Origin: Candidatus Marsarchaeota archaeon
Lineage (GTDB): Archaea > Micrarchaeota > Micrarchaeia > Micrarchaeales > Micrarchaeaceae
Length of the DNA: 64,000 bases
NCBI GenBank assembly: GCA_023485545.1
Contig: JAMCZI010000005.1
Coordinates: 967-64,966 of the forward strand
Direction of reading: 5' to 3'
Shown: piece by piece, positions 8,543-18,502 of the stretch
Position numbering within the stretch: the first letter of the stretch is position 1
Layout of the letters: each line of letters starts with the position of its first letter
The notes under the pieces: generated by a model
What the model was told of the DNA's origin: nothing
The model's input: only the letters and a program-made list of their open reading frames with translations
Databases searched by the model: none
Made by a program: the position numbers and the translations under genes

Positions 8543-10051
8543 ATGATAAGGCTCTCTGACGATTTTTCAATAAGCGAGCAGGACTTGCTCACTGGCAGAT
8601 GCTGCATAATAGGCCAGAGCGGCTCTGGCAAATCGTTCCTCGTAGGGGTCATCGCGGAGGAGCTCGCAAGGGAGCACCTGCCCTTCGTGGTGATAGATAC
8701 TGAAGGAGAATACAAATCCCTCAAGAGCCTGTTCGAGGTCATATGGGTGTCGGATGAGAGCGGAGCCGACGTAGGGATGGATGTTGATTTCTCCGCGCTG
8801 ATAGAGAAAAGCATGCTCGGCATACCGATCGTTTTCGATGTGTCTGGGCAACAGGACCAGGTCGGTAAAGTGTACTCCTTCCTCTCCGAACTTTACGCGG
8901 TGGAAGACAGGGTAAGGAAGCCGTACCTCGCAATAATAGAGGAAGCTGACAAGTTCGCCCCACAGGTAAAGCGCGGCGAGCTCAATATAATTGAGGAGAT
9001 AAGCGTCAGGGGGCGCAAGCGCGGCTTAGGCATATTGGTGGCGACCCAGAGGCCCGCAAACATAAGCAAGAATGTGCTTGCGCAGTGCTCGTACGGTTTC
9101 ATAGGCAAGCTCAGCATAGAGAATGATGTCAACGCAATAAGCATACTTTTCGAGGACAGGAACATGCTAAAGGAGCTTGTGACGCTCCATACCGGCGAAT
9201 TCATGCCTTTCGGCATAGATTCTCCACAGAAGATAAAGATAAGAAAAAGGGTGGTAGAGCACATAAGCTCCACTCCAGAGCTTGGCACGCTTCCCGGAGG
9301 AGACATACATGCTGCGATAGCGGAACTTAAGCACTCATCTGGCCAGGCACAGAAGCGTGATCTTAGCGCGCCTATCCCTAGGATACGAATCATACGCGAA
9401 AGATTCGACATGTCGTACGCGCAGGCGTACGCTTCGCATGCATCTAGGAAGATACTGCCTTTTACCGGCTTTATGGTCAATTCGGTCGAGCCTAGATACA
9501 TGCGCGTCTCATCGACGCTCGTCAGGCTGCCCACAAAGCGGAAGAACGTATACTCTGAAAAATACATCATTTCATTTGGCAGCTCACTCCTGCGGGAGAC
9601 GAAAAAGGGTATAGAGCTGTACGATGTGGGGAGCAAAAAATTTGACAAATCCGCCCTATCCATACTGGCGGAAGTCAATTCTGCAGGGTCCGTCAAGCTT
9701 GGCAAGCTTGAACAGGAATTCGGCCAGTCCTCATCAAAGAGCGTTGAGCGCCTGGCAGATGCCGGAAGGCTAGAGGTAAGGAAGGACAAAGTGACAAGAT
9801 TCCCATGGAAGAGGTTCATGCGGGAGGCCCAATATGAAACTGGAGAGTCTTCGCCTTCGCAAATCACTCCTATAAGGCCAAAGACAAAGATAAGCAGCAG
9901 AGAACTCATAAGATCAATAATACCTGAAGCTTCGATAGTACGGAGGGAAAGCGCTTACTTGAAAGTGTACGAAATCACTCTTAGGCGCGGAAGCACAGTC
10001 AAAGTACTCTTCATAGATTCGCTCACGGGCAAGGAGATAAGGCTTCAGTAG
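8543..10051 (+). CDS. HerA/DUF87-family P-loop ATPase
   Basis: IIGQSGSGKS, IDTEGEY, IIEEAD, RGRKRG, ATQRPA. Confidence 0.8.
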   Translation: MIRLSDDFSISEQDLLTGRCCIIGQSGSGKSFLVGVIAEELAREHLPFVVIDTEGEYKSLKSLFEVIWVSDESGADVGMDVDFSALIEKSMLGIPIVFDVSGQQDQVGKVYSFLSELYAVEDRVRKPYLAIIEEADKFAPQVKRGELNIIEEISVRGRKRGLGILVATQRPANISKNVLAQCSYGFIGKLSIENDVNAISILFEDRNMLKELVTLHTGEFMPFGIDSPQKIKIRKRVVEHISSTPELGTLPGGDIHAAIAELKHSSGQAQKRDLSAPIPRIRIIRERFDMSYAQAYASHASRKILPFTGFMVNSVEPRYMRVSSTLVRLPTKRKNVYSEKYIISFGSSLLRETKKGIELYDVGSKKFDKSALSILAEVNSAGSVKLGKLEQEFGQSSSKSVERLADAGRLEVRKDKVTRFPWKRFMREAQYETGESSPSQITPIRPKTKISSRELIRSIIPEASIVRRESAYLKVYEITLRRGSTVKVLFIDSLTGKEIRLQ

Positions 10052-11250
10052 CCTATGCTATACTTCCCGTCAACGAGCTCGTTGGTCAGGTAGCCGAGGT
10101 TCTCAAGGGCCGAATCGGCGATGTCGAATATCTTATTCTTTATCGGGTCAGGGCTTGCGCCGCCCTCAAGCGCAACCTCTATGTTCAGGTGCTTGGGATC
10201 TGATATCTTCCTGCCTATCTGCGAAACTATGTAGACGTTGCACTCCTCTATCTGCGGATATATGTTCACTATGTCCTTTGCTATCTCGTTCGCCGCAACG
10301 CTATATATCTTCCCGACGTGGTTGACAGGGTTCTTTCCCGCAGCAGCTTCCAGCGTCATCCTCCTGAAAGGCGTGATGAGACCGTTGACCCTGTTGCCCC
10401 TCCCTACGGATCCGTCGTCTCCAGCCTCGCAGCTCAGCCCGCTCTTCGTGATGTAAACGTCGCCCCCTTTTTCGTCATCTCCTGTATTGACTTCTACGTT
10501 GACTTCAAGGCTCGTTATGCCCTTGGAGAGCTTAATCACAGATTCCTTTACCTTCTCCTTCGACTGTGCATAATCATCCATTGAAGCCAGAAGGTTTCCG
10601 ACCATCGCGGCAGAGATGGTAAGCGATATCACACCAGAATCTCTCACCCCCATCACCTTTATGTCTTCCCCCACCTCGGGTGCGGCTTTCTTGAACTCTG
10701 CACCGTTGAGGAATCTCTCCGCCTCAAGCACCAACCTTTCTGTCTCGCTGAACGGAGCAAAGCCTATTCCGAAAGATGTGTCATTTGCAAGTGGCACGTC
10801 AGCGCTCCTCTTGAATATGCCCCCAAGGTCGCTTGATCCCTTCATCACCTTGGGCGTGTACACAACTTCCTTGTCAACATCAAGGAAACGGGTGTTCTCC
10901 TTCAGGTAATTTCTTGCTGCGTCAACAGCTATCTCATCGACAGGGATGCTGAACCCCGGCCCGCTCCGCACAGCCCTTCCGGAAAGAATGACCTCAACGG
11001 GCTTGGTAATCCGGCATTTGCCAAAAGCAGTCTCCGATTCTCCCCCGACTATGAGCGCTTTGTCAACGTTGTGATGGAGTATCTCTCCTGCCTCCTCGAT
11101 GTACCTTTTGCTGAGCTCGACGCTAAATCTTTCGACTATGCCGTCAATGAGCGTGTCCGGATGGCCCTTGCCCTTCCTCTCCACATACTCGACAGGCTGC
11201 CTAGCCAACGGTGTATAATTGGACTTTGATACCTTTATGTTCCTCATCAA
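10045..11250 (-). CDS. mat: Archaeal-type S-adenosylmethionine synthetase
   Basis: VERKGKGHPDT, HHNVDK, ANDTSFG, GDDGSVGRGNR, EAAAGKNPVNHVGKIY. Confidence 0.95.
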   Translation of the reverse strand: MMRNIKVSKSNYTPLARQPVEYVERKGKGHPDTLIDGIVERFSVELSKRYIEEAGEILHHNVDKALIVGGESETAFGKCRITKPVEVILSGRAVRSGPGFSIPVDEIAVDAARNYLKENTRFLDVDKEVVYTPKVMKGSSDLGGIFKRSADVPLANDTSFGIGFAPFSETERLVLEAERFLNGAEFKKAAPEVGEDIKVMGVRDSGVISLTISAAMVGNLLASMDDYAQSKEKVKESVIKLSKGITSLEVNVEVNTGDDEKGGDVYITKSGLSCEAGDDGSVGRGNRVNGLITPFRRMTLEAAAGKNPVNHVGKIYSVAANEIAKDIVNIYPQIEECNVYIVSQIGRKISDPKHLNIEVALEGGASPDPIKNKIFDIADSALENLGYLTNELVDGKYSIGY

Positions 11251-11336
11251 TCCAACATCTGCAACTCAAACGCTTAAAAAGCAGAGTGGCGCAGAGTTGT
11301 AAGGCTTTACAAAAGTAACATTGCATTGCGCTGGCC

Positions 11337-13097
11337 TCAGGACTCCTTAGCGCGTGCCTTTATCCCAATTATTGTGTCGAGAAGGCGCTTCTCCTCGTCG
11401 TTCATTATTGAGGCATACTCTCCTTTAAGAAGCCGCTCGTCGGCGTCTGTCACCCGGGTGTACAGCGTCTGCCCCTCCCTGACCTGCCTTCCGAAGGTGG
11501 GCTCGTCCATCGATATTGCCACCGAATCTCCCTTCTTGGCGATGTCGAGCTGGGTCTTCTCGTTCTGTATGCCCTTAATCCTGCCTACAACTGCACCATC
11601 CTCAGTCATCATCACGTACCCCTGCTTTATCCTGCCTTCGAGCACCTCTATGCCGAAGATCGCAGGATGCGACATGCGGAAGCACGAATTGGGCAGCACG
11701 CTTATGCATCCTGGGAAAATAAGCCTCTTCTCAACGTCTGCGAGGCTTTCCTTCTTCTGCTTCTGCACCATATCCTTGTACTCGTCAACTATGCCGTATA
11801 TTATGTTGTTCTTTATGATTTTGATGCCGCTGGTGTCTGCGAACACCTCCGCATCCTGCTCTATTCCGACGTTGAATGCCAGCACCACTGCGGAAAGCCT
11901 GTCTACTGAGTTCATCCCGAAAGCGTCAAGTATATCCCTCCTGTTCACGTTGCCAAGTCCCTTCTTGCTCACCTTGAAGCCCTCCGCAGCAAGGAGCCTA
12001 GATATTGCTTCTATGCTGCCTATCGTGTCTGCCTTGAGCACCACGCCTGTCTTGTCAGTCTTGAATACCTCGCTAATCTCAGCGCTTATCTCCTTGGTGT
12101 AGTCGTTGCCCCCAACCACCTGTATCACTGGCGAGCCCGGAAGCGCATCCTCCAGTGCTGTCGCGCTTATCTTGACTCCTGACGCTGCGTCCACCCTGTC
12201 CACGTAGTAGAACTTGCTTGTAGACTCACGTATCTCGTGCAGGGGCTTGGGCTTCAGCATGGCCCTTATCTTCGTTGTGCCTATCCCGTCAGGAGTGGCG
12301 AAGGCTATCGTGTCGTTCACGCCGAGCGAACCGTCGTAGAGTATCACATCTATTGTGGTGCCAAGCCCCTTGACCTCCTTCTTCTCCAGTATGCTGCCTT
12401 TTCCTGGCCCACCAACCTCTATTTTGAGCTTTGCTTCCATATACTTCTGCGAAAGCCCTGCTACTAGCATTAAGAGCTCGGCTATGCCCTCGCCGCTCTT
12501 CGCGCTGATTGGCACTATGGCCAGCTCCTTGGTGAAATCTGCTATCCTGTCATATCTCTCGCTTGAGAACTCGTACTCGCTCAGCTTTCCTATTATGTAA
12601 AATATCCTGTCCTCAAGCTTAGCCAGCACCTGGCTATTCTGTTTCTTGAGCGCCTCCCCAATGCTCTTCGAGCCTGAAGCTATCCATCCAGTTATGAGGT
12701 CTACCTTGTTTGCAGCTATTATGAACGGGGTTTTGTACTGCTTGAGTATCTCTATGGCCTCTACTGTCTGTGGCTCGAACCCCTTTGTTATGTCGACGAC
12801 CAGTATGGCAAGATCGGCCACGCTGCCACCTCTTTGCCTAAGGTTGGTAAAAGCTTCGTGGCCAGGGGTGTCGATGAAGAGAAGCCCAGGTATCATCATT
12901 TTTGTCCCGCTGCTCTTCAGGAGTGGGCCGCATATCTCATTTACCACGTCTATCGGGACCTCGCTTGCGCCTATATGCTGCGTTATGCCGCCTACTTCCT
13001 TGGCTGCTATGGCGCTGTTGCGTATCCTGTCCAGTAGCGTAGTCTTGCCGTGGTCCACATGACCCATCACGCATATTATGGGCTGCCGTATCATCAA
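11337..13097 (-). CDS. infB: Translation initiation factor IF-2 (aIF5B)
   Basis: GHVDHGKTT, GGITQHIGA, DTPGHEAF, NKVD; archaeal length, no intein. Confidence 0.97.
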   Translation of the reverse strand: MMIRQPIICVMGHVDHGKTTLLDRIRNSAIAAKEVGGITQHIGASEVPIDVVNEICGPLLKSSGTKMMIPGLLFIDTPGHEAFTNLRQRGGSVADLAILVVDITKGFEPQTVEAIEILKQYKTPFIIAANKVDLITGWIASGSKSIGEALKKQNSQVLAKLEDRIFYIIGKLSEYEFSSERYDRIADFTKELAIVPISAKSGEGIAELLMLVAGLSQKYMEAKLKIEVGGPGKGSILEKKEVKGLGTTIDVILYDGSLGVNDTIAFATPDGIGTTKIRAMLKPKPLHEIRESTSKFYYVDRVDAASGVKISATALEDALPGSPVIQVVGGNDYTKEISAEISEVFKTDKTGVVLKADTIGSIEAISRLLAAEGFKVSKKGLGNVNRRDILDAFGMNSVDRLSAVVLAFNVGIEQDAEVFADTSGIKIIKNNIIYGIVDEYKDMVQKQKKESLADVEKRLIFPGCISVLPNSCFRMSHPAIFGIEVLEGRIKQGYVMMTEDGAVVGRIKGIQNEKTQLDIAKKGDSVAISMDEPTFGRQVREGQTLYTRVTDADERLLKGEYASIMNDEEKRLLDTIIGIKARAKES

Positions 13098-13199
13098 CTC
13101 ACCTAGAATCAGTCACTCGCATATGCATTCTACTTTCACAATTTTATAACTTCCGTTGCATTAGATATAAAGCATATAAGTAATCGAAATGGTAATTGT

Positions 13200-13766
13200 A
13201 TGATGGAAAGAACACTCGTGCTGATAAAGCCTGATGGGGTATACCGCTCGCTTATAGGAAAGATAATATCCACAATGGAGGACGCTGGTCTCAAAGTTGT
13301 CGGAATGAAGATGGTGCGGCCAGACAAGAAACTGGCTGAGCAGCACTACATCCCTGACGAGAACTGGATGCGTGAGATCGGGGATAAGACCAAGGCGACA
13401 TATAAGGACCAGGGAGTCTCTAACAACGAGGAGCCTGTGGAGATAGGCAGAAGAGTCTGGATGCAGCTCATTGACTACCTAATGAGCGGGCCTGTGGCTG
13501 TGATGGTTGTGGAGGGCAACGACGCGATATTCGTAGTAAGAAAACTTGTGGGTGCAACAGAACCAAGAAAGGCAGATCCGGGCTCGATAAGGGGCAGGCT
13601 CTCAAGCGATTCCTACGCCCTTGCCGATGGGAAGCACCGCGCAGTAAAGAACCTGATACATGCATCGGACGCCCCTGAAACAGCGAAGCGTGAAATATCC
13701 GTCTGGTTCAAGCCGGAGGAACTTATAAAATACTCCAGGTCAGACGAGTCCGCGCAGTACGACTAG
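13200..13766 (+). CDS. ndk: Nucleoside diphosphate kinase
   Basis: ERTLVLIKPDG, PGSIRG, NLIHASD. Confidence 0.95.
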   Translation: MMERTLVLIKPDGVYRSLIGKIISTMEDAGLKVVGMKMVRPDKKLAEQHYIPDENWMREIGDKTKATYKDQGVSNNEEPVEIGRRVWMQLIDYLMSGPVAVMVVEGNDAIFVVRKLVGATEPRKADPGSIRGRLSSDSYALADGKHRAVKNLIHASDAPETAKREISVWFKPEELIKYSRSDESAQYD

Positions 13767-14563
13767 ATCGGGACCAGATAATACAGTATCACTAAAAACA
13801 GTGCCACAGCCAGTATAAGCGACAGGAAAGACATCGCGTAGCCCACTCCCTGCTGCTTCGACTCCGTAAACACCGCTAAAGAAATGCTCCATGCAACCCC
13901 AAGTAAAGCCAGCACTCCTCCTACTAGCGCGGAGACATGCGTGCCCAGACCGAAAAGAGGCAATACCGATTCTATTACGCTGATGTATACCCATGGCAGA
14001 TATCCGAATATAATCGCTGCAAATGAGTTGCTATATTCTCCAGAGAATCCCAGGAACATCTTGCCTACCCAGTTGCACAGCTCGGCTACAGCTATCAGTA
14101 TTAACGGCACTATTATGAAATGCTCTAGTAAGAACAGAAATACTGTGCCAGCAAGACCCGAAGTAAGAGCTTTTGGCATTATGCCTATAATGAACGAAGA
14201 AGGCATCATGTAAGATCTGAAGTACGCTGAATTCCCGTAGAAGATAAAAACGGGTATCATAAGAAGCGTAATAACTGCCATCACGCTTATGTAGAAGCCG
14301 CCAAGTCTTCCGGAGTCTATGTCACTGTCAATAAGATCTGACTTGAAAGCTATTACCTTGAATGATTCGAGGAAATCTCCTATGACGTGCACGCCCTCAA
14401 GTTTCTTCCCCATTTTTCTCCTAGCCTTCTCCCTCTCAGGATCCAGGCCGAGATATCTCTCCTCGTTCTCGAGATAAGTCTCTACATCTGGCCTCCTATT
14501 TCCTGCTTTGCCTTGGGATTCCTGGCTCGAAGGGCCATTGTTGACAGCCCAATCAGTATCCAT
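13763..14563 (-). CDS. Yip1-like multi-TM membrane protein
   Basis: About 5 TM helices, FSGEYSNSFAAIIFGYLP pattern; paralogous to 43517..44284. Confidence 0.55.
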   Translation of the reverse strand: MDTDWAVNNGPSSQESQGKAGNRRPDVETYLENEERYLGLDPEREKARRKMGKKLEGVHVIGDFLESFKVIAFKSDLIDSDIDSGRLGGFYISVMAVITLLMIPVFIFYGNSAYFRSYMMPSSFIIGIMPKALTSGLAGTVFLFLLEHFIIVPLILIAVAELCNWVGKMFLGFSGEYSNSFAAIIFGYLPWVYISVIESVLPLFGLGTHVSALVGGVLALLGVAWSISLAVFTESKQQGVGYAMSFLSLILAVALFLVILYYLVPI

Positions 14564-14714
14564 AGATGCATATCAACTCGACTGATTAAAATCTTTCGCT
14601 TCGCTTTCAACTCCAATAATCCTCCCCAAAAACTGTGGTTTTAACCATTTTACACAAATATTTAAATATGTATTTAACTAAATATATATTTATTTGAGTA
14701 TAAGGTGTATTACG

Positions 14715-15059
14715 ATGCAGAATAAACAAATCCGAAGTGCATTCTATCCCGTCCTTACGGCAGCTCTTTTCGCTGCAGTCCCTTTCAGCACAACAATTCT
14801 CACTGTGCTCTCAGAATTGCAGTACATACGTGGCGTTTTATACCAAGTGGGCCCTGCACTGAGTGCAGTCTTATTCATTATAGCCGGAATATTCTATGCA
14901 GTAGGGCAGATGTTACCGCCTGACAAGCGAGCCAATTTTCACACGACCGCCATAAACATAATAATAGGTGCGATAATAGTCGCGGTGCTGAGTTTCACTA
15001 GCACCTCTTTGGCAATAGCATCAACACACCTTCTTTCGAACTTTACAAATTCCTCTTGA
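14715..15059 (+). CDS. VirB2/TrbC-like pilin (putative)
   Basis: 114 aa; leader, then two hydrophobic helices separated by a short basic loop (AGIFYAVGQMLPPDKRANFHTTAINIIIGAII); AAGGTG upstream of ATG. Confidence 0.55.
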   Translation: MQNKQIRSAFYPVLTAALFAAVPFSTTILTVLSELQYIRGVLYQVGPALSAVLFIIAGIFYAVGQMLPPDKRANFHTTAINIIIGAIIVAVLSFTSTSLAIASTHLLSNFTNSS

Positions 15060-15068
15060 GTTGAATAC

Positions 15069-16109
15069 GTGATAATACAAGCTTTCGGTGGGTATGCGAC
15101 TGCGTTGACGCTAGTATCACTGATGATAGGAGTATTCGGGATAGTCCTTGGTGTAGGCTATGCAATGGGCAATAAAAAGATTAAAGATTTCGGTTTTGAC
15201 GAACTGGTGCAAGCTTTCATAAGCGCAGCAATAATAGCTACTCTTTATGCTGCATTCAGCTATAACGGCATAATTAGCACCGCAATAGCACAGGTTTTTT
15301 ACAGCGCTAATGCAACTTCTACATGTTATGGATTCTTATCATCCAACCCTGCTATGTGTTTTGCCTATGCGTATACTACCGGGCTTGCACCGATATCGAT
15401 AAATGGGAAATCTTATCCGTCCCTAATGGATAGCGCAGTAACACTTCTTGCCCCCGTTTCAGTATTGTATGGCGTACTGTCAGTATTGGGTTCTATAAAA
15501 TTAAGCGGAATCTTCATAAGCGTTGGGTTCGCAAGTTTCGTGCAGCCCCTTCTTAGTCAAATAAATTACATAATAAGTAGCCTGACGTTCTCAATAATTA
15601 GCCTTGAAATACAGGGCGTAATAATAAAATTTGCTTCTATCGTTGCAGTACCAATACTTCTTCCTGCTGGAATCGTATTACGCGCCCTATATTTTACTAA
15701 AAGGCTCGGAGGGATGTTGATAGCGGTGGCTATAGGCTTTTACGCAGTTTTTCCGCTTACGTATCTTTTGGGGGCGCAGCTGATATCAGCATACGCTTCA
15801 AACCCTGGCGCACTTTCGGAATCAGTATCATCATACTCCGGAGGTGTAATAACCACTTTGCAGTCCACAACGCAACCGACTTTAACCTCTGGGAATTTCA
15901 GTATACTAAGCAGTCTCTATTCAGTTGTGAAAACCGCGATAGCCCCACTTGAAGCGATAGTCGAAGAGTTGATATCCACGATATCGCTGCTTATAACTGA
16001 GGTATTTTTTGTGCCTCTTTTGAGCTTGATGATAACAATAACATCAACGCGTGAGCTTGCAAGGATCTTAGGGTCTGAGATATCATTTGGTAAATTCGAT
16101 ATATTTTAA
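15069..16109 (+). CDS. CedA/VirB6-like polytopic membrane protein (putative)
   Basis: About 6-7 TM segments; LLPAGIVLRALYFTKRLGGMLIAVAIGFYAVFP resembles the conserved CedA core. Confidence 0.5.
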   Translation: MIIQAFGGYATALTLVSLMIGVFGIVLGVGYAMGNKKIKDFGFDELVQAFISAAIIATLYAAFSYNGIISTAIAQVFYSANATSTCYGFLSSNPAMCFAYAYTTGLAPISINGKSYPSLMDSAVTLLAPVSVLYGVLSVLGSIKLSGIFISVGFASFVQPLLSQINYIISSLTFSIISLEIQGVIIKFASIVAVPILLPAGIVLRALYFTKRLGGMLIAVAIGFYAVFPLTYLLGAQLISAYASNPGALSESVSSYSGGVITTLQSTTQPTLTSGNFSILSSLYSVVKTAIAPLEAIVEELISTISLLITEVFFVPLLSLMITITSTRELARILGSEISFGKFDIF

Positions 16110-16125
16110 ACTTGGGCGAAATAGC

Positions 16126-16764
16126 ATGTTTGTGGACATTAGGTGGTATGAAAACATTAAAAAAGCATTTCAAAAATTCATGAAATTCCCCTTTGCTGAT
16201 CCGGATGGCATCAAGCCCGCACAGCAGTGGGAAATTTATGTTTCGAAGTCAGGGCTGTCTGCATATACATTTCACAAAGGAACATATCATGCTGCGGCAG
16301 GGCTGGAATTGGAAAACCCCTCTGGAGCCCCGATAGACGTGGTTGAGAATATGGTGTGCAAGTTAAATATGCCTATTAGGGTGCTAATGGACATAAAACC
16401 CGTAGGGATCAAGCGGATAATCGATGAATTAAAGTTTAAGGCTGCAAAGAAGGAAAATCAAATTAGACAACTGAACCCAAAAAAGCCATCAGGCAAAATA
16501 AAATTAAAAACTTTGGAGGTGCAAACAAAAAAGCTGCGAGAATTTGTGGAAACGATAGAAAATGGACGTATCCCATTCAAGGCATCCTTCATTATAATTT
16601 CGTCTGCAGCTTCACGAAACATCTATCAGGCCGAGGGTGACGCCCGTTCACAACTTGAGTATGCAAAATCAGGATTTGAAACGGTATATAAGTGCAGGTC
16701 AAGATTACTCTCTGGCATAGAAGTAAGAAATGTGCTATGCGGGGCCGAGAACGATGTTTACTAG
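16126..16764 (+). CDS. Putative N-terminal half of a VirB4/CedB-like ATPase
   Basis: Soluble and basic, with a central coiled coil; overlaps the following ATPase ORF by 11 nt. Confidence 0.4.
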   Translation: MFVDIRWYENIKKAFQKFMKFPFADPDGIKPAQQWEIYVSKSGLSAYTFHKGTYHAAAGLELENPSGAPIDVVENMVCKLNMPIRVLMDIKPVGIKRIIDELKFKAAKKENQIRQLNPKKPSGKIKLKTLEVQTKKLREFVETIENGRIPFKASFIIISSAASRNIYQAEGDARSQLEYAKSGFETVYKCRSRLLSGIEVRNVLCGAENDVY

Positions 16765-17875
16765 AAAAGAGATGGGCTTGAGCAATTCCAACATAATAGC
16801 TGGATTTATGCCCATTTTTCAGCCTAACGAAGATGCTGGCAGCATATCGAAAAGCGTTGGTGTACCAATAGGATTTAGCGAGAGATACTCGTCATTATTT
16901 CGGCTTGATCTAAATGCACCAGAAAATCCACATGTATCTATAATAGGGATGACCGGATCAGGGAAGACGCATTTAATTAAGACAATTATTTCAGGGACCG
17001 CATTGCTTAGTGAAGAAGTGCAGATAATAATTGACTGGAATGGCGAATATGTGGAATTATCCTTGGAATTAGGCGGTCTAGTTATAGATTTCGCTTTAAC
17101 AGACAGGTTAAAGCGTACTATGATAGAGAACCCGTCGTATAAAATTACCTGCTTTAATCTCTCTAATCTGGACGAGTCAAACCGCAGAAAAATTGCTAGT
17201 GAAATATTAAAGCAAACCCTTATTTACTCAAAATCCAAGGGCTTTAGCAAAAAAGTTGAAACTTTAATATTTGTAGACGAAGCTTGGAAGCTGCTAGACA
17301 GCGAAAGCATTACTGCTATTTTCCGTGAAGCACGCAAATATGGTCTTTCTATAATTGCAGCAAGTCAAATGTTAAGGGATATATCAAATGAAATTGTGGC
17401 TAATTCTGCGACACTTTTTGTTTTTCGGCTTCAGAATCCTGTAGATTTCGATGCGCTCAAATCCCTCAACATATTCGAGAAAATCGGAATCGATAGGATA
17501 AAAGATTTTGGCGTTGGTGAATGCGCGGTTTTAGCTTCGCCGCGTTCTGGTCTAAAGTGCGAAGTTGTGCTGAAAGTGCTTGATCTTACTAATCTAAAAA
17601 CGTATTATATACACGCATCAGGGGTGGATAAATTGGTCAGCGAAAAAAGTATAAAGAGAATTTCTGGCAGGCTTGGAATAAGCGAGAGTATGGTGTCCGA
17701 AGCAATTGCCATGTCCGTAAAAGGACGGCGCATAGATGCAGCAAAAATGTCAGCTTCGCTGTTGAAATCGGGAGTGGAATTAGCAGGTGTAATTACGCTT
17801 ATGCGACTTATTGGCGTTAGGGATATTGATATGTCCAAAATAATCTCAGGACTTTACAATTATAGTAACCGGTGA
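16754..17875 (+). CDS. VirB4/HerA-family ATPase domain protein
   Basis: NPHVSIIGMTGSGKT, IIDWNGEY, FVDEAW, REARKYG, ASQ. Confidence 0.8.
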   Translation: MFTRKEMGLSNSNIIAGFMPIFQPNEDAGSISKSVGVPIGFSERYSSLFRLDLNAPENPHVSIIGMTGSGKTHLIKTIISGTALLSEEVQIIIDWNGEYVELSLELGGLVIDFALTDRLKRTMIENPSYKITCFNLSNLDESNRRKIASEILKQTLIYSKSKGFSKKVETLIFVDEAWKLLDSESITAIFREARKYGLSIIAASQMLRDISNEIVANSATLFVFRLQNPVDFDALKSLNIFEKIGIDRIKDFGVGECAVLASPRSGLKCEVVLKVLDLTNLKTYYIHASGVDKLVSEKSIKRISGRLGISESMVSEAIAMSVKGRRIDAAKMSASLLKSGVELAGVITLMRLIGVRDIDMSKIISGLYNYSNR

Positions 17876-17900
17876 TTCAATTAATGGCAGGGCAATCCTT

Positions 17901-18500
17901 GTGTCAGCAGTGAAGTTAGGTGTAACTTACACCTCCGACAGGAAAGCCATAATCAAAGCATTGTCCACAATTCCCTGTCTCAAGATATTGGATAAAGGGA
18001 CAATAATGAGATACTCAATTGCCGAATCTAATGAACGCGTAAAGCGTACAATTGAGCTAGGCAACGTGATTAGGGTAGTTGCAGAGTACAGCGATTATAA
18101 TCTACTGAGGCAGATAAGAATTAAATCACTGATTTATGCGTTGTCTATTGCATCATTTCTATCAGATTATATTAAAATAGACGTTTCTTCAGCATACTCC
18201 GAAATATTGGATCTTATGTTGCCTGAGATCATGCGCAACGATCAAATATCCACGGATAATAAGGATACTGTACTGCAAGAAGTATCTAAATCAAATTTTA
18301 TCCTATCGCAAAAACTTGTAGAAGCGGTTTCGCTTTTCGAAGCAGCTGAACAAAAAGCAAGCATGCTGCATTCTGCAACCATAAAGCTTTACGGCTGGCT
18401 GCAAAAGAACGTAAGCCAAACAGGCCAGAATGCACCAGCAGATACAAATGCTGCAGGCCTCTCAGATGAAGAGTTGGAACTAGTATTGGGTGGCTTATAA
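17901..18500 (+). CDS. Hypothetical protein with C-terminal coiled coil (start uncertain)
   Basis: 199-aa ORF in the operon; GTG start. Confidence 0.55.
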   Translation: MSAVKLGVTYTSDRKAIIKALSTIPCLKILDKGTIMRYSIAESNERVKRTIELGNVIRVVAEYSDYNLLRQIRIKSLIYALSIASFLSDYIKIDVSSAYSEILDLMLPEIMRNDQISTDNKDTVLQEVSKSNFILSQKLVEAVSLFEAAEQKASMLHSATIKLYGWLQKNVSQTGQNAPADTNAAGLSDEELELVLGGL

Positions 18501-18502
18501 AA

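Noticed and set aside
8893..9909. 338-aa minus-strand ORF (similar cases at 11326-12102, 46026-46790, 47044-47688)
   Set aside because: Lie wholly antisense to well-supported genes; Ser/Leu-rich with no motifs
11337..13097. Intein in aIF5B
   Set aside because: Normal length; GTPase motifs contiguous
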